Shown: piece by piece, positions 8,737 to 16,549 of the stretch
Layout of the letters: the number at the start of each line of letters is the position of its first letter
Numbering within the stretch: the stretch's first letter is position 1
NCBI RefSeq assembly: GCF_008065095.1
Contig: NZ_CP042911.1
Span: forward strand, 3,840,001 to 3,872,000
Direction of reading: 5' to 3'
Source: Gemmata obscuriglobus
GTDB taxonomy: Bacteria > Planctomycetota > Planctomycetia > Gemmatales > Gemmataceae
Length of the DNA stretch: 32,000 bases
Notes under the pieces: model-generated
Told to the model about the DNA's origin: nothing
The model's input: only the letters and a program-made list of their open reading frames with translations
Database searches by the model: none
Position numbers and translations under genes: made by a program

Positions 8737-10256
8737 GGGTCGTTCATCTCCTCGGCTGGTGCGCGTCGCTGGTCCGGGTTCCAAAGCTGATAGCCGGCAC
8801 CTTGCCCTGTCCCGCTCTCGTCAAGTTCTTTGGAGGGCGAACTGGGCGGTGAATTCGGCCAGAAGTACGTCACGGCAACGCGATCCGGGTGCGTGCGGTA
8901 CACCGGCGGCTGGCCATCGAACGGCCCGACGGGCACCGCGGGTAAGAACGCCGGCACTAATTCGGCAAGCGCGCGCGGGAAGCGGCCTGTCTTGATCCGG
9001 TGTCGTTCGCACGCGAGGCATACCGACGCTGCAAGCAGATCGGCGCGCGTCTGAAGTGACCTCTCGGCGATGCGCTCGAACGCAGGGATCATCCGACGCA
9101 TCACGGTGTACCGAATGTCGATCGGTGGGCCGCTCGGAATTTGTATCTTTTTGAGCGCGGATAACTGTTCGTGTGGAGGCAAATTCGACACCGCAACGCA
9201 CTGAGAGCAAATCTCCAGGCACTTCGCCCGGTCTCCAGGAAGTAGCGCTTTGTATGCCCGAAACGCCGCATAGTGAGCCGGCTTTGGCGCCCCAAACCCC
9301 GCGTAGTTGAACAGGCTCTCCAGCGGGATCGTTTCGTTCTGAACTCCGGTGAAGAAGTGGTCGAGCATCGCGCGCTCGCCGCGCATCCCGTACCGGAACC
9401 AAGGCACATCCGCTTCCGTAAGTAGCTCGGCTTGCAGTTCCGCGAGCTCGTCGGTCGGTTCGCCCCACGCGAGCGTTTGCATCGTACTGTCCGCCGCCGC
9501 ACGAGCGCAGGAGATGCGCGTCATCTGCGAGAGGAGTACCGGTTCGTCACCGAACGAGCGGGCGACAGCGAGCGCCGCACGGGCCGCGGTGATGCCGCGG
9601 TTGGGGTTCCCGTGCAGCGCTTCCCAACGTGCGTCGTACTCGAGCACGGTGATCACCCGCCGCGCTTGGGCCAAGTGGGGGAGCAATGTGGCAACCGGGT
9701 CCGGGCCGACCGTGAGCGGGTACGTGCCGGGCCGCTGGGCGCGGCGCAGATCAACTGCGCGGTCACGCAGCGTTCGGGTCGGCTCGGCCATTTTCGCGGC
9801 GTGCGCCAGCCCATCTTTGTCGGGCCGGTGGTTGTGCGCACGCCCCTGTTGCCACCTTGTCCGAGTTAGTTCCTCTTGCCACTCGTTCCAAGGCTCTGGC
9901 ACCTCACCAGCGAGAGCGAGAACCCGCGCGTTGAGATCTCCATCGGCCGGCGGCGGCATGTGCCGGGCGCGTTCCGCCAGGACTGCGTCCAGGCGCCAAC
10001 CCGGTTCTTCGGCGTCGAGTCGCTGCATGACCCGGTCCAGTTCGCGCTGCCCCACACGGCCCACCTGCCATCGGCCGACGAACAAGACCAGCGCCACCAT
10101 TGCGACCGCGCCGCCACGCCACAGCGCGAGTTTGCGGAGCCGACGCAGGCGCGAGTGTGGAGGGGACGGCAGATCATCTTCGGGATCGGTCACGTGTGGC
10201 GCTCCGCGGTCGTTGGGCTCCCGAGATGACGCCCGCGCCGCAGCGCCGTTTCGCAC
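8733..10256 (-). CDS. Membrane-anchored protein of unknown function: one N-terminal TM helix and a large helical extracytoplasmic domain
   Basis: GTG at 10256, or GTG at 10193 with GGAG 8 nt upstream. TM segment LALWRGGAVAMVALVLFVGRW. Plausible amino-acid composition, unlike the overlapping shadow ORFs. The C-terminal motif LACERHRIKTGRFPRALAELVPAFLPAVPVGPFDGQPPVY resembles pseudopilin GspG-type motifs. The stop overlaps the mcrC-like start. Confidence 0.65.
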   Translation of the reverse strand: MRNGAAARASSREPNDRGAPHVTDPEDDLPSPPHSRLRRLRKLALWRGGAVAMVALVLFVGRWQVGRVGQRELDRVMQRLDAEEPGWRLDAVLAERARHMPPPADGDLNARVLALAGEVPEPWNEWQEELTRTRWQQGRAHNHRPDKDGLAHAAKMAEPTRTLRDRAVDLRRAQRPGTYPLTVGPDPVATLLPHLAQARRVITVLEYDARWEALHGNPNRGITAARAALAVARSFGDEPVLLSQMTRISCARAAADSTMQTLAWGEPTDELAELQAELLTEADVPWFRYGMRGERAMLDHFFTGVQNETIPLESLFNYAGFGAPKPAHYAAFRAYKALLPGDRAKCLEICSQCVAVSNLPPHEQLSALKKIQIPSGPPIDIRYTVMRRMIPAFERIAERSLQTRADLLAASVCLACERHRIKTGRFPRALAELVPAFLPAVPVGPFDGQPPVYRTHPDRVAVTYFWPNSPPSSPSKELDESGTGQGAGYQLWNPDQRRAPAEEMNDP

Positions 10257-10448
10257 GCCCGGCGTAATCGGTCAGCCGGGCCGTTCGCTGTTAACGTCTG
10301 CGTGGCATTCGGGCTCCTGATTCATGGTCCGGTTGCGGGCGCCTTTTTGCGCCGCGCAAACAGGACTGTCTGTGCCACAAGAAACAAGCACAAAATACTG
10401 GATCGTGAATGGCGCCCGCGGTGTCTGTCGATCAGTCATCGGTTGAAA

Positions 10449-13073
10449 TCAGGGCTCATCGTTCGGCACCGAGGGCTTCGGCTTGCGGCGTCTCTCGCCG
10501 GCCCCGACGAGCCGTTCCGGCGTGTAGTCGGCGAGCCGCTCCTCGCGCCCGCCGAGGTAGTCGAGCAGCACCGGGCGCACGTGGTGCGTCCACACCGCCG
10601 CCAGTTTATCGTGATCCAACTCGGGCACCATGAAGAAGCTGTGCCCGATCTGCCGGTCCGGCCCGAGGTCGCGGGCGAGCCGGCGGTTCAGTTCCTCGAA
10701 CAACAGCACCACCCGCGGGTTGAACGTCGGGTCGGTCGGTTCGGCGTCGGCGCGGGATTCGAGCCACGAGGCGAGCACCACGGCGTCCGCGGGCATGTCC
10801 ACGAACGAGAACCGCCGCCGCAGCGCGTGGTCGAGCGACACCGCCGAGCGGTCCAGCGGGTTCATCGTCGCGAGGACGAACACGTTCTCCGGCAGGCGGA
10901 ACTCGCGCCGGGAGTACGGCAGCGTGATCGCCTGGTCGCGATACTCCAGCAGGTACAGCAGTTCGCCGAAGATGCGTGAGACGTTACCGCGGTTCAACTC
11001 GTCCACGATGAGGACGTGCGGCTCGCTGGGCCGCGCGCGGGCCTGCTCGGCGAACTGGCACAGCAGCCCGTCCTCCACGGGGAACGCGATCTCGCCGCGT
11101 GCGCTCCCTTCAACCGGCCGCGCCCGGATGCCCTCCACGAACTCTTCGTAGCTGTACGAGGGGTGGAACTGGACCAGCCGCACGCAGTCGGCTCGGTCGC
11201 CCGCCAGCAGCCGCGCCAGGCACCGGGCGACGTGCGTTTTCCCGGTCCCCGGCACGCCCTGGAGCACGAGCTGCCGCTTCAACCGCAGCAGGCCGAGCAC
11301 GCGGTCGAGCCAGACTTCCGACAGGAACGTTTCGCGGTGGAACGACGCCGGGTCGTAGGGCGGGGCGCCGTCCGGGGCTCCGGCCCGGCGCGAGAGCAGC
11401 GCCCGCGGGTCGCCCTCGGCCGCGCAGGCGAACGCCGGCAGCAGCCGGTCGAAGGTGAGCAGGATTTCGCCCGTCAGGTCCTCGCGGCGCAAGAGCGGCG
11501 ACTCGGACGGCAGCCGCTTGCCGATCGCCAGCGTTTTGTGAACCGCCCACGCCCGTAGGTCCGCGGCCGACCGCACCGCGACTTCGGTCGTCAGGTCGTC
11601 GTCCGTCCAGAATCGGCACTCCGCGAACACGTTGCCCGTGTGGAGCGCGCGGAAGATTGCGTCCGCGTGTTCCTGGATGTTGCGGCGGAACTGCTTGCCC
11701 GCTTCGCGCGCCGAGCGGCCCAGGTGGAACCCGTAGTGGACTCCATCGTCCGCGACCCGAACGAAGAACTGCGCGTCCGCGCGCTTGTTCGCCAGGGCCT
11801 TCCGGTAGAAGGTGATCCACTGCACCGGCTGGTAAGGGCCGCCGCGCCCGAAGTCGTTCTTGCAGATGCTCGTGACCGCCCGCCCGCTCCGCGCGTCGCA
11901 CTCCAGGTCCCAGCCGTGCTCGCGGTTCAGGACCGGGTGGATGTACCGCTCCGCGACGGCCTCGCACAGCTCCACCAGCGGCTCGCGCAGCACGAACTGG
12001 TAGCGGTCGCGGTGCTCGGCCATCCAGTCTTTGGCGTTGGCTTCGGCCAGTTCGCCCAGGAACGCGAACGTGTCCGAGCAGAACCCCGCGAACCCGTCGC
12101 CGCCCGGCTCGGGGCACCGCGCGTCCGCGACGGCGGTCACCACGTCGGCCAGTTCGAGCGGGTGAACTTTGAAGCGGTCGCGCAGCACCGCGGAAACCTC
12201 GCACCAGAGGGCGGCGCGATCGTTTTCGGGCAGTGCGGGGAGGTACGCGTCGTCGAGGGCGGGGAGGGCGGTTTCCCAGCGCCCGTCCGGAAATGCCGTT
12301 CGGAACGCCCCGAACGCTGCGGGCGAGTCGCCGGCGGCGCTTGCGGCTGCGAACTCGCGGACCGCGTTGAGGCACTCGTCGGGGGTGGACCGCATCCGGT
12401 GGGCGAGCGGCACGCGGGTGCGCACCTCCCGCACGGCCTGCTCCACACGGCCGGGTGTCGCGGCCCACGCGAACGCGCCATCGGGGACGGAACCGGTCGG
12501 GAACTCGCGGCCACGGGTACGCGACACCCGCTCCAGAAACTGCCCGACCTCGAACGGGGGCAAGTCCGGGGCGTGCCGGCGGACCGCATCGAACCCGCGA
12601 CTCACGGCCTCAAATCGCGCGCGGACATCCGCTCCGCCGTCGCGAAGCATTCCCAGCCTTTGGAGCCCGGTTTCCGTAGCCGGGCACCACACCGGACCGG
12701 TATCGGGATCAATGCGACTGAGTATCGCGGACCAGAACGCCGGCCCGAGTCCCGGGAGGGTGTACACCCCACCCGGTGTCAGACAGTGCGCCAAACGGTC
12801 CGGGAGCGGATCGCTCGCGCGCACGAGGTGGTTCAGCGCGTGCCGGATCAATCGCACCCGCTGCGACACAAGTTCGGGGCGAAATAGAATCGGTTGTGTC
12901 GTGCGGATAAAGGTGTCGAGGGCGGTCGCCAATTCTTCGTCGGTGGCACTGTCGAGAAACCGGACGTTGAGACGAGCCGGCGCAGACGCGAATGGAGCCA
13001 CTCCTCGGGCCGCGCGAAACGCGGTCAGAAGTGGAGCCAAGGGTAACACACGTAATCGAAACCCGGACGACAT
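10449..13073 (-). CDS. mcrB: McrB-family AAA+ GTPase with a long N-terminal extension (unknown helical region plus DUF2461-like module)
   Basis: ATG at 13073; the listed start at 13151 is a TTG. McrB signatures: LQGVPGTGKTH (Walker A), HVLIVDELNRGNVSRIFGELLYLLE, VLATMNPLDRS, DHALRRRFSFV. DUF2461/TIGR02453-like stretch: FLGELAEANAKDWMAEHRDRYQFVLREPL, ICKNDFGRGGPYQ, FFVRVADDGVHYGFHLG. Confidence 0.85.
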   Translation of the reverse strand: MSSGFRLRVLPLAPLLTAFRAARGVAPFASAPARLNVRFLDSATDEELATALDTFIRTTQPILFRPELVSQRVRLIRHALNHLVRASDPLPDRLAHCLTPGGVYTLPGLGPAFWSAILSRIDPDTGPVWCPATETGLQRLGMLRDGGADVRARFEAVSRGFDAVRRHAPDLPPFEVGQFLERVSRTRGREFPTGSVPDGAFAWAATPGRVEQAVREVRTRVPLAHRMRSTPDECLNAVREFAAASAAGDSPAAFGAFRTAFPDGRWETALPALDDAYLPALPENDRAALWCEVSAVLRDRFKVHPLELADVVTAVADARCPEPGGDGFAGFCSDTFAFLGELAEANAKDWMAEHRDRYQFVLREPLVELCEAVAERYIHPVLNREHGWDLECDARSGRAVTSICKNDFGRGGPYQPVQWITFYRKALANKRADAQFFVRVADDGVHYGFHLGRSAREAGKQFRRNIQEHADAIFRALHTGNVFAECRFWTDDDLTTEVAVRSAADLRAWAVHKTLAIGKRLPSESPLLRREDLTGEILLTFDRLLPAFACAAEGDPRALLSRRAGAPDGAPPYDPASFHRETFLSEVWLDRVLGLLRLKRQLVLQGVPGTGKTHVARCLARLLAGDRADCVRLVQFHPSYSYEEFVEGIRARPVEGSARGEIAFPVEDGLLCQFAEQARARPSEPHVLIVDELNRGNVSRIFGELLYLLEYRDQAITLPYSRREFRLPENVFVLATMNPLDRSAVSLDHALRRRFSFVDMPADAVVLASWLESRADAEPTDPTFNPRVVLLFEELNRRLARDLGPDRQIGHSFFMVPELDHDKLAAVWTHHVRPVLLDYLGGREERLADYTPERLVGAGERRRKPKPSVPNDEP

Positions 13074-13174
13074 CTTACAACGTCTCGCGAAGCGAGGAAC
13101 GGGGTAGATCGTATCAGATTTGAGTGCTGCTGAAGAGGTGGGTTTCGACAAAGAGACGTGAACTTGGCAGAAAC

Positions 13175-13238
13175 AAAAAAGTCCCGCCGGAGGTCACTAC
13201 AGCGTCGCCCATTCACTGTAGGTACCAACCGGCGGGAC
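13175..13238 (-). terminator. Terminator-like branched hairpin followed by a T6 run on the minus strand, upstream of the mcrB-like gene
   Basis: The minus strand reads GTCCCGCCGG - 38 nt containing a CTACAG/CTGTAG sub-hairpin - CCGGCGGGAC - TTTTTTGTTT. The outer stem is 10 bp (13181-13190 with 13229-13238). Confidence 0.4.
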
Positions 13239-13386
13239 AAAGGAATAATACACCGGCTTTTTTCAGAGGCAAGCTGACTGTCTGTTTTTTCGGCGGATCG
13301 CGGCCTCGTGTCCGAAAAGCCGACACCGCTAACGCCCAGTACGGCCTGGATTTGGACGCTTGCCAAATATCTAAACAATAAGATCG

Positions 13387-13427
13387 ATGTGCCGCATGAT
13401 GTCGCCCGTTGCAGCCATGCGGCGCAT
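13387..13427. other. 12-bp hairpin (one G.U pair) with a 17-nt loop in an AT-rich intergenic region
   Basis: ATGTGCCGCATG (13387-13398) pairs with CATGCGGCGCAT (13416-13427). The loop carries GTCGCCCGTT, which resembles the loop motif GTCGCCCATT of the hairpin at 13197-13221. Confidence 0.3.
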
Positions 13428-13537
13428 ATCATGGTGTAAGATAATAGTTAACTTGGACTTCATACGATCTGCACCGCTAACGAACCGTCATCGTGTAGAA
13501 ATAGTGTGATATTAGACGCCCGAGAGGGGAGCTCTCC

Positions 13538-14293
13538 GTGCTCGATGCCATCGTGATCTCGGACATCCACCTCGGCAGCGAAAACTGTCAGGCCAAGTAC
13601 CTCGCTCACTTTTTACACACCGTGCGCCGCGGCGATCTTAAAGCCCGGCACCTTGTCCTTAACGGCGATGTCTTCGATTCGATCGACTTCCGCCGGCTGA
13701 AGAAGAACCACTGGAAGATTCTCTCCGAGCTACGGAAGCTCGCTGACGAGATGGAAGTGGTTTGGATCAACGGCAACCACGACGGCACCGCCGAGGTCGT
13801 TTCTCATTTGCTCGGGGTCCGCTGCGCGGACGAAACGGTCGTGGAGAGTGGCGGGCGGAAGATCCTCTTCCTGCACGGGCACCGGTTCGACGAGTTCATT
13901 ACCCGCTACCCGTTCATCACCTGGGTGGCGGACCGGGTGTACAACTTCCTCCAGAAGATCGACCAGTCACACACGTTCGCCAAGTTCGCCAAACAGCGCA
14001 GCAAGACCTTCCTACGCTGCACCCAAAAGATCGAGGCCGACGCGGTCAAGTACGCCGCCAAGCGGGGGTGCGACGTGGTGTGCTGCGGGCACACTCACCT
14101 TCCCGTCGCGAACGAGACCGGGCCGATCCGGTACTACAACAGCGGGTGCTGGACCGAGAAGCCCTGTCACTACCTCACGGTCGTGAACGGCGTTGTCAAC
14201 GTGTGCTCGTACACCGAAGAGGTGTCCGACGAGGTTCTCAACATGGTCGATCCGCCGGCCCTGGCGCCGGCGGTGCTGGCTTCGGTCGCGTGA
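13538..14293 (+). CDS. Calcineurin-like metallophosphoesterase (LpxH-like layout)
   Basis: GTG at 13538 with GGGGAG 6 nt upstream. Motifs: VISDIHLGS, LNGDVFDS, INGNHD, LHGHRFD, CCGHTHLP. Confidence 0.85.
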   Translation: MLDAIVISDIHLGSENCQAKYLAHFLHTVRRGDLKARHLVLNGDVFDSIDFRRLKKNHWKILSELRKLADEMEVVWINGNHDGTAEVVSHLLGVRCADETVVESGGRKILFLHGHRFDEFITRYPFITWVADRVYNFLQKIDQSHTFAKFAKQRSKTFLRCTQKIEADAVKYAAKRGCDVVCCGHTHLPVANETGPIRYYNSGCWTEKPCHYLTVVNGVVNVCSYTEEVSDEVLNMVDPPALAPAVLASVA

Positions 14294-14294
14294 G

Positions 14295-15713
14295 CTACCG
14301 TGTCTCTTCCGACTCGGGCTCCGGTGCGACGATTTCCTCTACCACCGGTTTCGTCGGGTCGATCACGAGCCAAGTTAGCACCCCCAACCCGTACACCACC
14401 GCGTACATCGTGAAGCACGTCACGTAGCCCGTTCCGCTGACGACATCGACTTCCTTACCGTCCACCATCTGCTTCACGGTGTAGGTCTCGAGGATCAGGC
14501 CGGTGATGAGGTTGCCGAGGGCGGCGCCGAGGTTCCCGACCATGTTCATCGCCCCGGACACGATCGCGGAGTACCGGCGCCCGATGTCCTGCGCCGTCGC
14601 CCACGACGGCCCCATGATGAGGTCGTTGGTGAACCCCACCAGGATCAGGCACCCGGCGAACACCCACAAGTTGCCGCCGGTGAACGCCGCTGCGGCGGCG
14701 TAACAGCACCCCGCTAGCCCGTAGCCCAGCATCCCGTAGATGCGCCGCCCCCACTTCCGATCGCCCGTTCGGCGGATATAGCGGTCGGTCAGCAGCCCGC
14801 CGAGCAAACAGCCCGCCATTCCCACGAGCAACGGCGCGCCGCCGAGTAGCGCGAGGAGCAATTTCCCGCCGTCGGTCGCGTTTCCCGATGGGAACTGATC
14901 CTTGAGCGTTTTCGGCAGGTAGTACATCAGGAAGTACCAGTTGAAATTGGTCACCGTGTACATCGCGCAGAGGGCCAGCACGTTCCGGTTGGTGAAGATG
15001 CGGCCCCATGGCACCGCTTCGTTCACTTGCGTTGCGCCCTTTCCGGCGTTGATGAGTTCGTCCTCGGCCGCATTCACGTCCGGGTGTTCGGCCGGGCGGT
15101 TGCGGAAGGTCGCGTAGAACGCCACGCACCACAGAGCCGCGACTGCCGCGAACACGCCCAGCGCTTGCCGCCACGTCAGCCCGCCGATCACCACCAGCAG
15201 CACCCACACGAAGGGCGTGAGCCCGCCCATGAGGCGGGCCGACATCCACACAAGTCCCTTCGCGCTCCCCCGCTTGTCTTCCGGGAACCAGTTGTAAATC
15301 GCCTTCGAGATGTTGGGGAACGCGCCGGCCTCGCCGATGCCGAACAGGAACTGCATCGCGACCAGCACCCCGAACCCGATCACCACGATTTCGGTGCCGG
15401 GGAGGGCGTAACCCGCGAACGCGGTCAGCCCGACGAACAGCGAAAACCACGCAACGACCCGCAGGAGGGTGATGCGCGGGCCGAACCGGTCGCCCATCCA
15501 CCCCGCCGGGATTTCAAAGAGGGCGTAGGCGATCTGAAACGCCACGAGGACGAGGTAAAACCGCTTCTCGGGCTGCCCGACGGCGGCCATGAGGTCGCCC
15601 TTGGCGCTGCCGTACATGGCGCGGTCGAGGTAGGTAATCATCGCGAGCAGGCACAACAGGAAGAGCATTCGGTAGCGAACGGTCGTCGGCGCGGCAGGCA
15701 GCGTGGCGCTCAT
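14295..15713 (-). CDS. MFS transporter (anion:cation symporter-like)
   Basis: ATG at 15713 (MSATLPAAPTTVRYRMLFLLCLLAMITYLDRA). About 12 hydrophobic segments. The stop is 1 nt from the stop of the convergent upstream gene. Confidence 0.85.
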   Translation of the reverse strand: MSATLPAAPTTVRYRMLFLLCLLAMITYLDRAMYGSAKGDLMAAVGQPEKRFYLVLVAFQIAYALFEIPAGWMGDRFGPRITLLRVVAWFSLFVGLTAFAGYALPGTEIVVIGFGVLVAMQFLFGIGEAGAFPNISKAIYNWFPEDKRGSAKGLVWMSARLMGGLTPFVWVLLVVIGGLTWRQALGVFAAVAALWCVAFYATFRNRPAEHPDVNAAEDELINAGKGATQVNEAVPWGRIFTNRNVLALCAMYTVTNFNWYFLMYYLPKTLKDQFPSGNATDGGKLLLALLGGAPLLVGMAGCLLGGLLTDRYIRRTGDRKWGRRIYGMLGYGLAGCCYAAAAAFTGGNLWVFAGCLILVGFTNDLIMGPSWATAQDIGRRYSAIVSGAMNMVGNLGAALGNLITGLILETYTVKQMVDGKEVDVVSGTGYVTCFTMYAVVYGLGVLTWLVIDPTKPVVEEIVAPEPESEETR

Positions 15714-15908
15714 TACTGGCGGACTCGGGGAGGGCAGGGGAGAAAGCGCCCAATGTAGCCCGGCACGCGGGTTGCGCGAAACGAAAACTGGTTGCCGCGA
15801 ACGGGCGACGCGGGGTACGATCGTCACAACCGCGCGGCGCCGGGGCGGAGCTAGCGTCAACTGCGGCGTAACGCCGCGGGTGGTTTGTAACGCCGAGCAG
15901 TTCGAGTT

Positions 15909-15949
15909 GAGTCCTACGGGCATTCCCAGGTGTAATGCCCGTGGGACTC
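15909..15949. other. 16-bp hairpin (one G.U pair) with a 9-nt loop
   Basis: GAGTCCTACGGGCATT - CCCAGGTGT - AATGCCCGTGGGACTC. It lies downstream of the 16050-16424 gene and ~200 nt upstream of the MFS start. No U-tract. Confidence 0.4.
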
Positions 15950-16049
15950 GTGCCACAGAACGAGAGTAGCCCCCCGCGCCGCGCGAGCGTCAAAACGCCG
16001 ACTGGCCGGAGCCACGTGGGTTCCGGCCCGTCGGTGTGTTTATCCTCAG

Positions 16050-16424
16050 CTACGGCTTCTTCGGATCTGGGGCCGGCACCACGTTGACCTTTCCCTGCGC
16101 CACCACGACCGAAAACGACTGGGTGTCGGCTTTGCAGTTCAGTTTCCCGCTCCAAACGGGCCTCTGCGGGCTGGTCACCTCGTAGACCTCGTAGCTCTTT
16201 TCTCCGGCGGTGTTCTGAAACTCCCGGAACGACTCGCCGCCGAGCAACTTTGTTGGTTTCCCGCGCACCGGCTTCCCGTTTATGAACGTCACTTCTTGAA
16301 CGACGAGCGCCTTGTTCGTGTCGTTCTTGATGGTGACCCACCCGGCGTCGGCGCAAGTTGCCACGGTCGCGGTCACGAGGACCGCCGCGGCAAGCGCGTA
16401 CAGTTTGGAGCGGATCGCGAACAT
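16050..16424 (-). CDS. Small secreted protein of unknown function
   Basis: ATG at 16424. Signal peptide MFAIRSKLYALAAAVLVTATVATCADA. High GC3. Confidence 0.6.
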   Translation of the reverse strand: MFAIRSKLYALAAAVLVTATVATCADAGWVTIKNDTNKALVVQEVTFINGKPVRGKPTKLLGGESFREFQNTAGEKSYEVYEVTSPQRPVWSGKLNCKADTQSFSVVVAQGKVNVVPAPDPKKP

Positions 16425-16549
16425 GGGGCAGCTCGGTCTGACACCGGGACCGACCGCGGGTCTAGATAACCCACGGTTTCTCCCCAACGAACGCGGCGTC
16501 AGACCGTGCTTGCGCAGACAATCGCGAAAAAGAGTCCGATCTCGCTAAC

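Noticed and set aside
10361-10378. Sigma54-like TGGCAC on the minus strand in the gap between mcrB-like and the middle gene
   Set aside because: The -12 element is missing at the required spacing: the sequence is TGGCAC-agaca-GTCC instead of TGGCAC-N5-TTGC.
10302-13107. Plus- and minus-strand ORFs overlapping the mcrB-like gene (for example 11110..12468 -, 11640..12887 +, 12169..13107 +) and 9349..10320 + over the middle gene
   Set aside because: They are Arg/Pro/Ser-rich low-complexity translations with no motifs. The McrB frame explains the region and contains unambiguous signatures.
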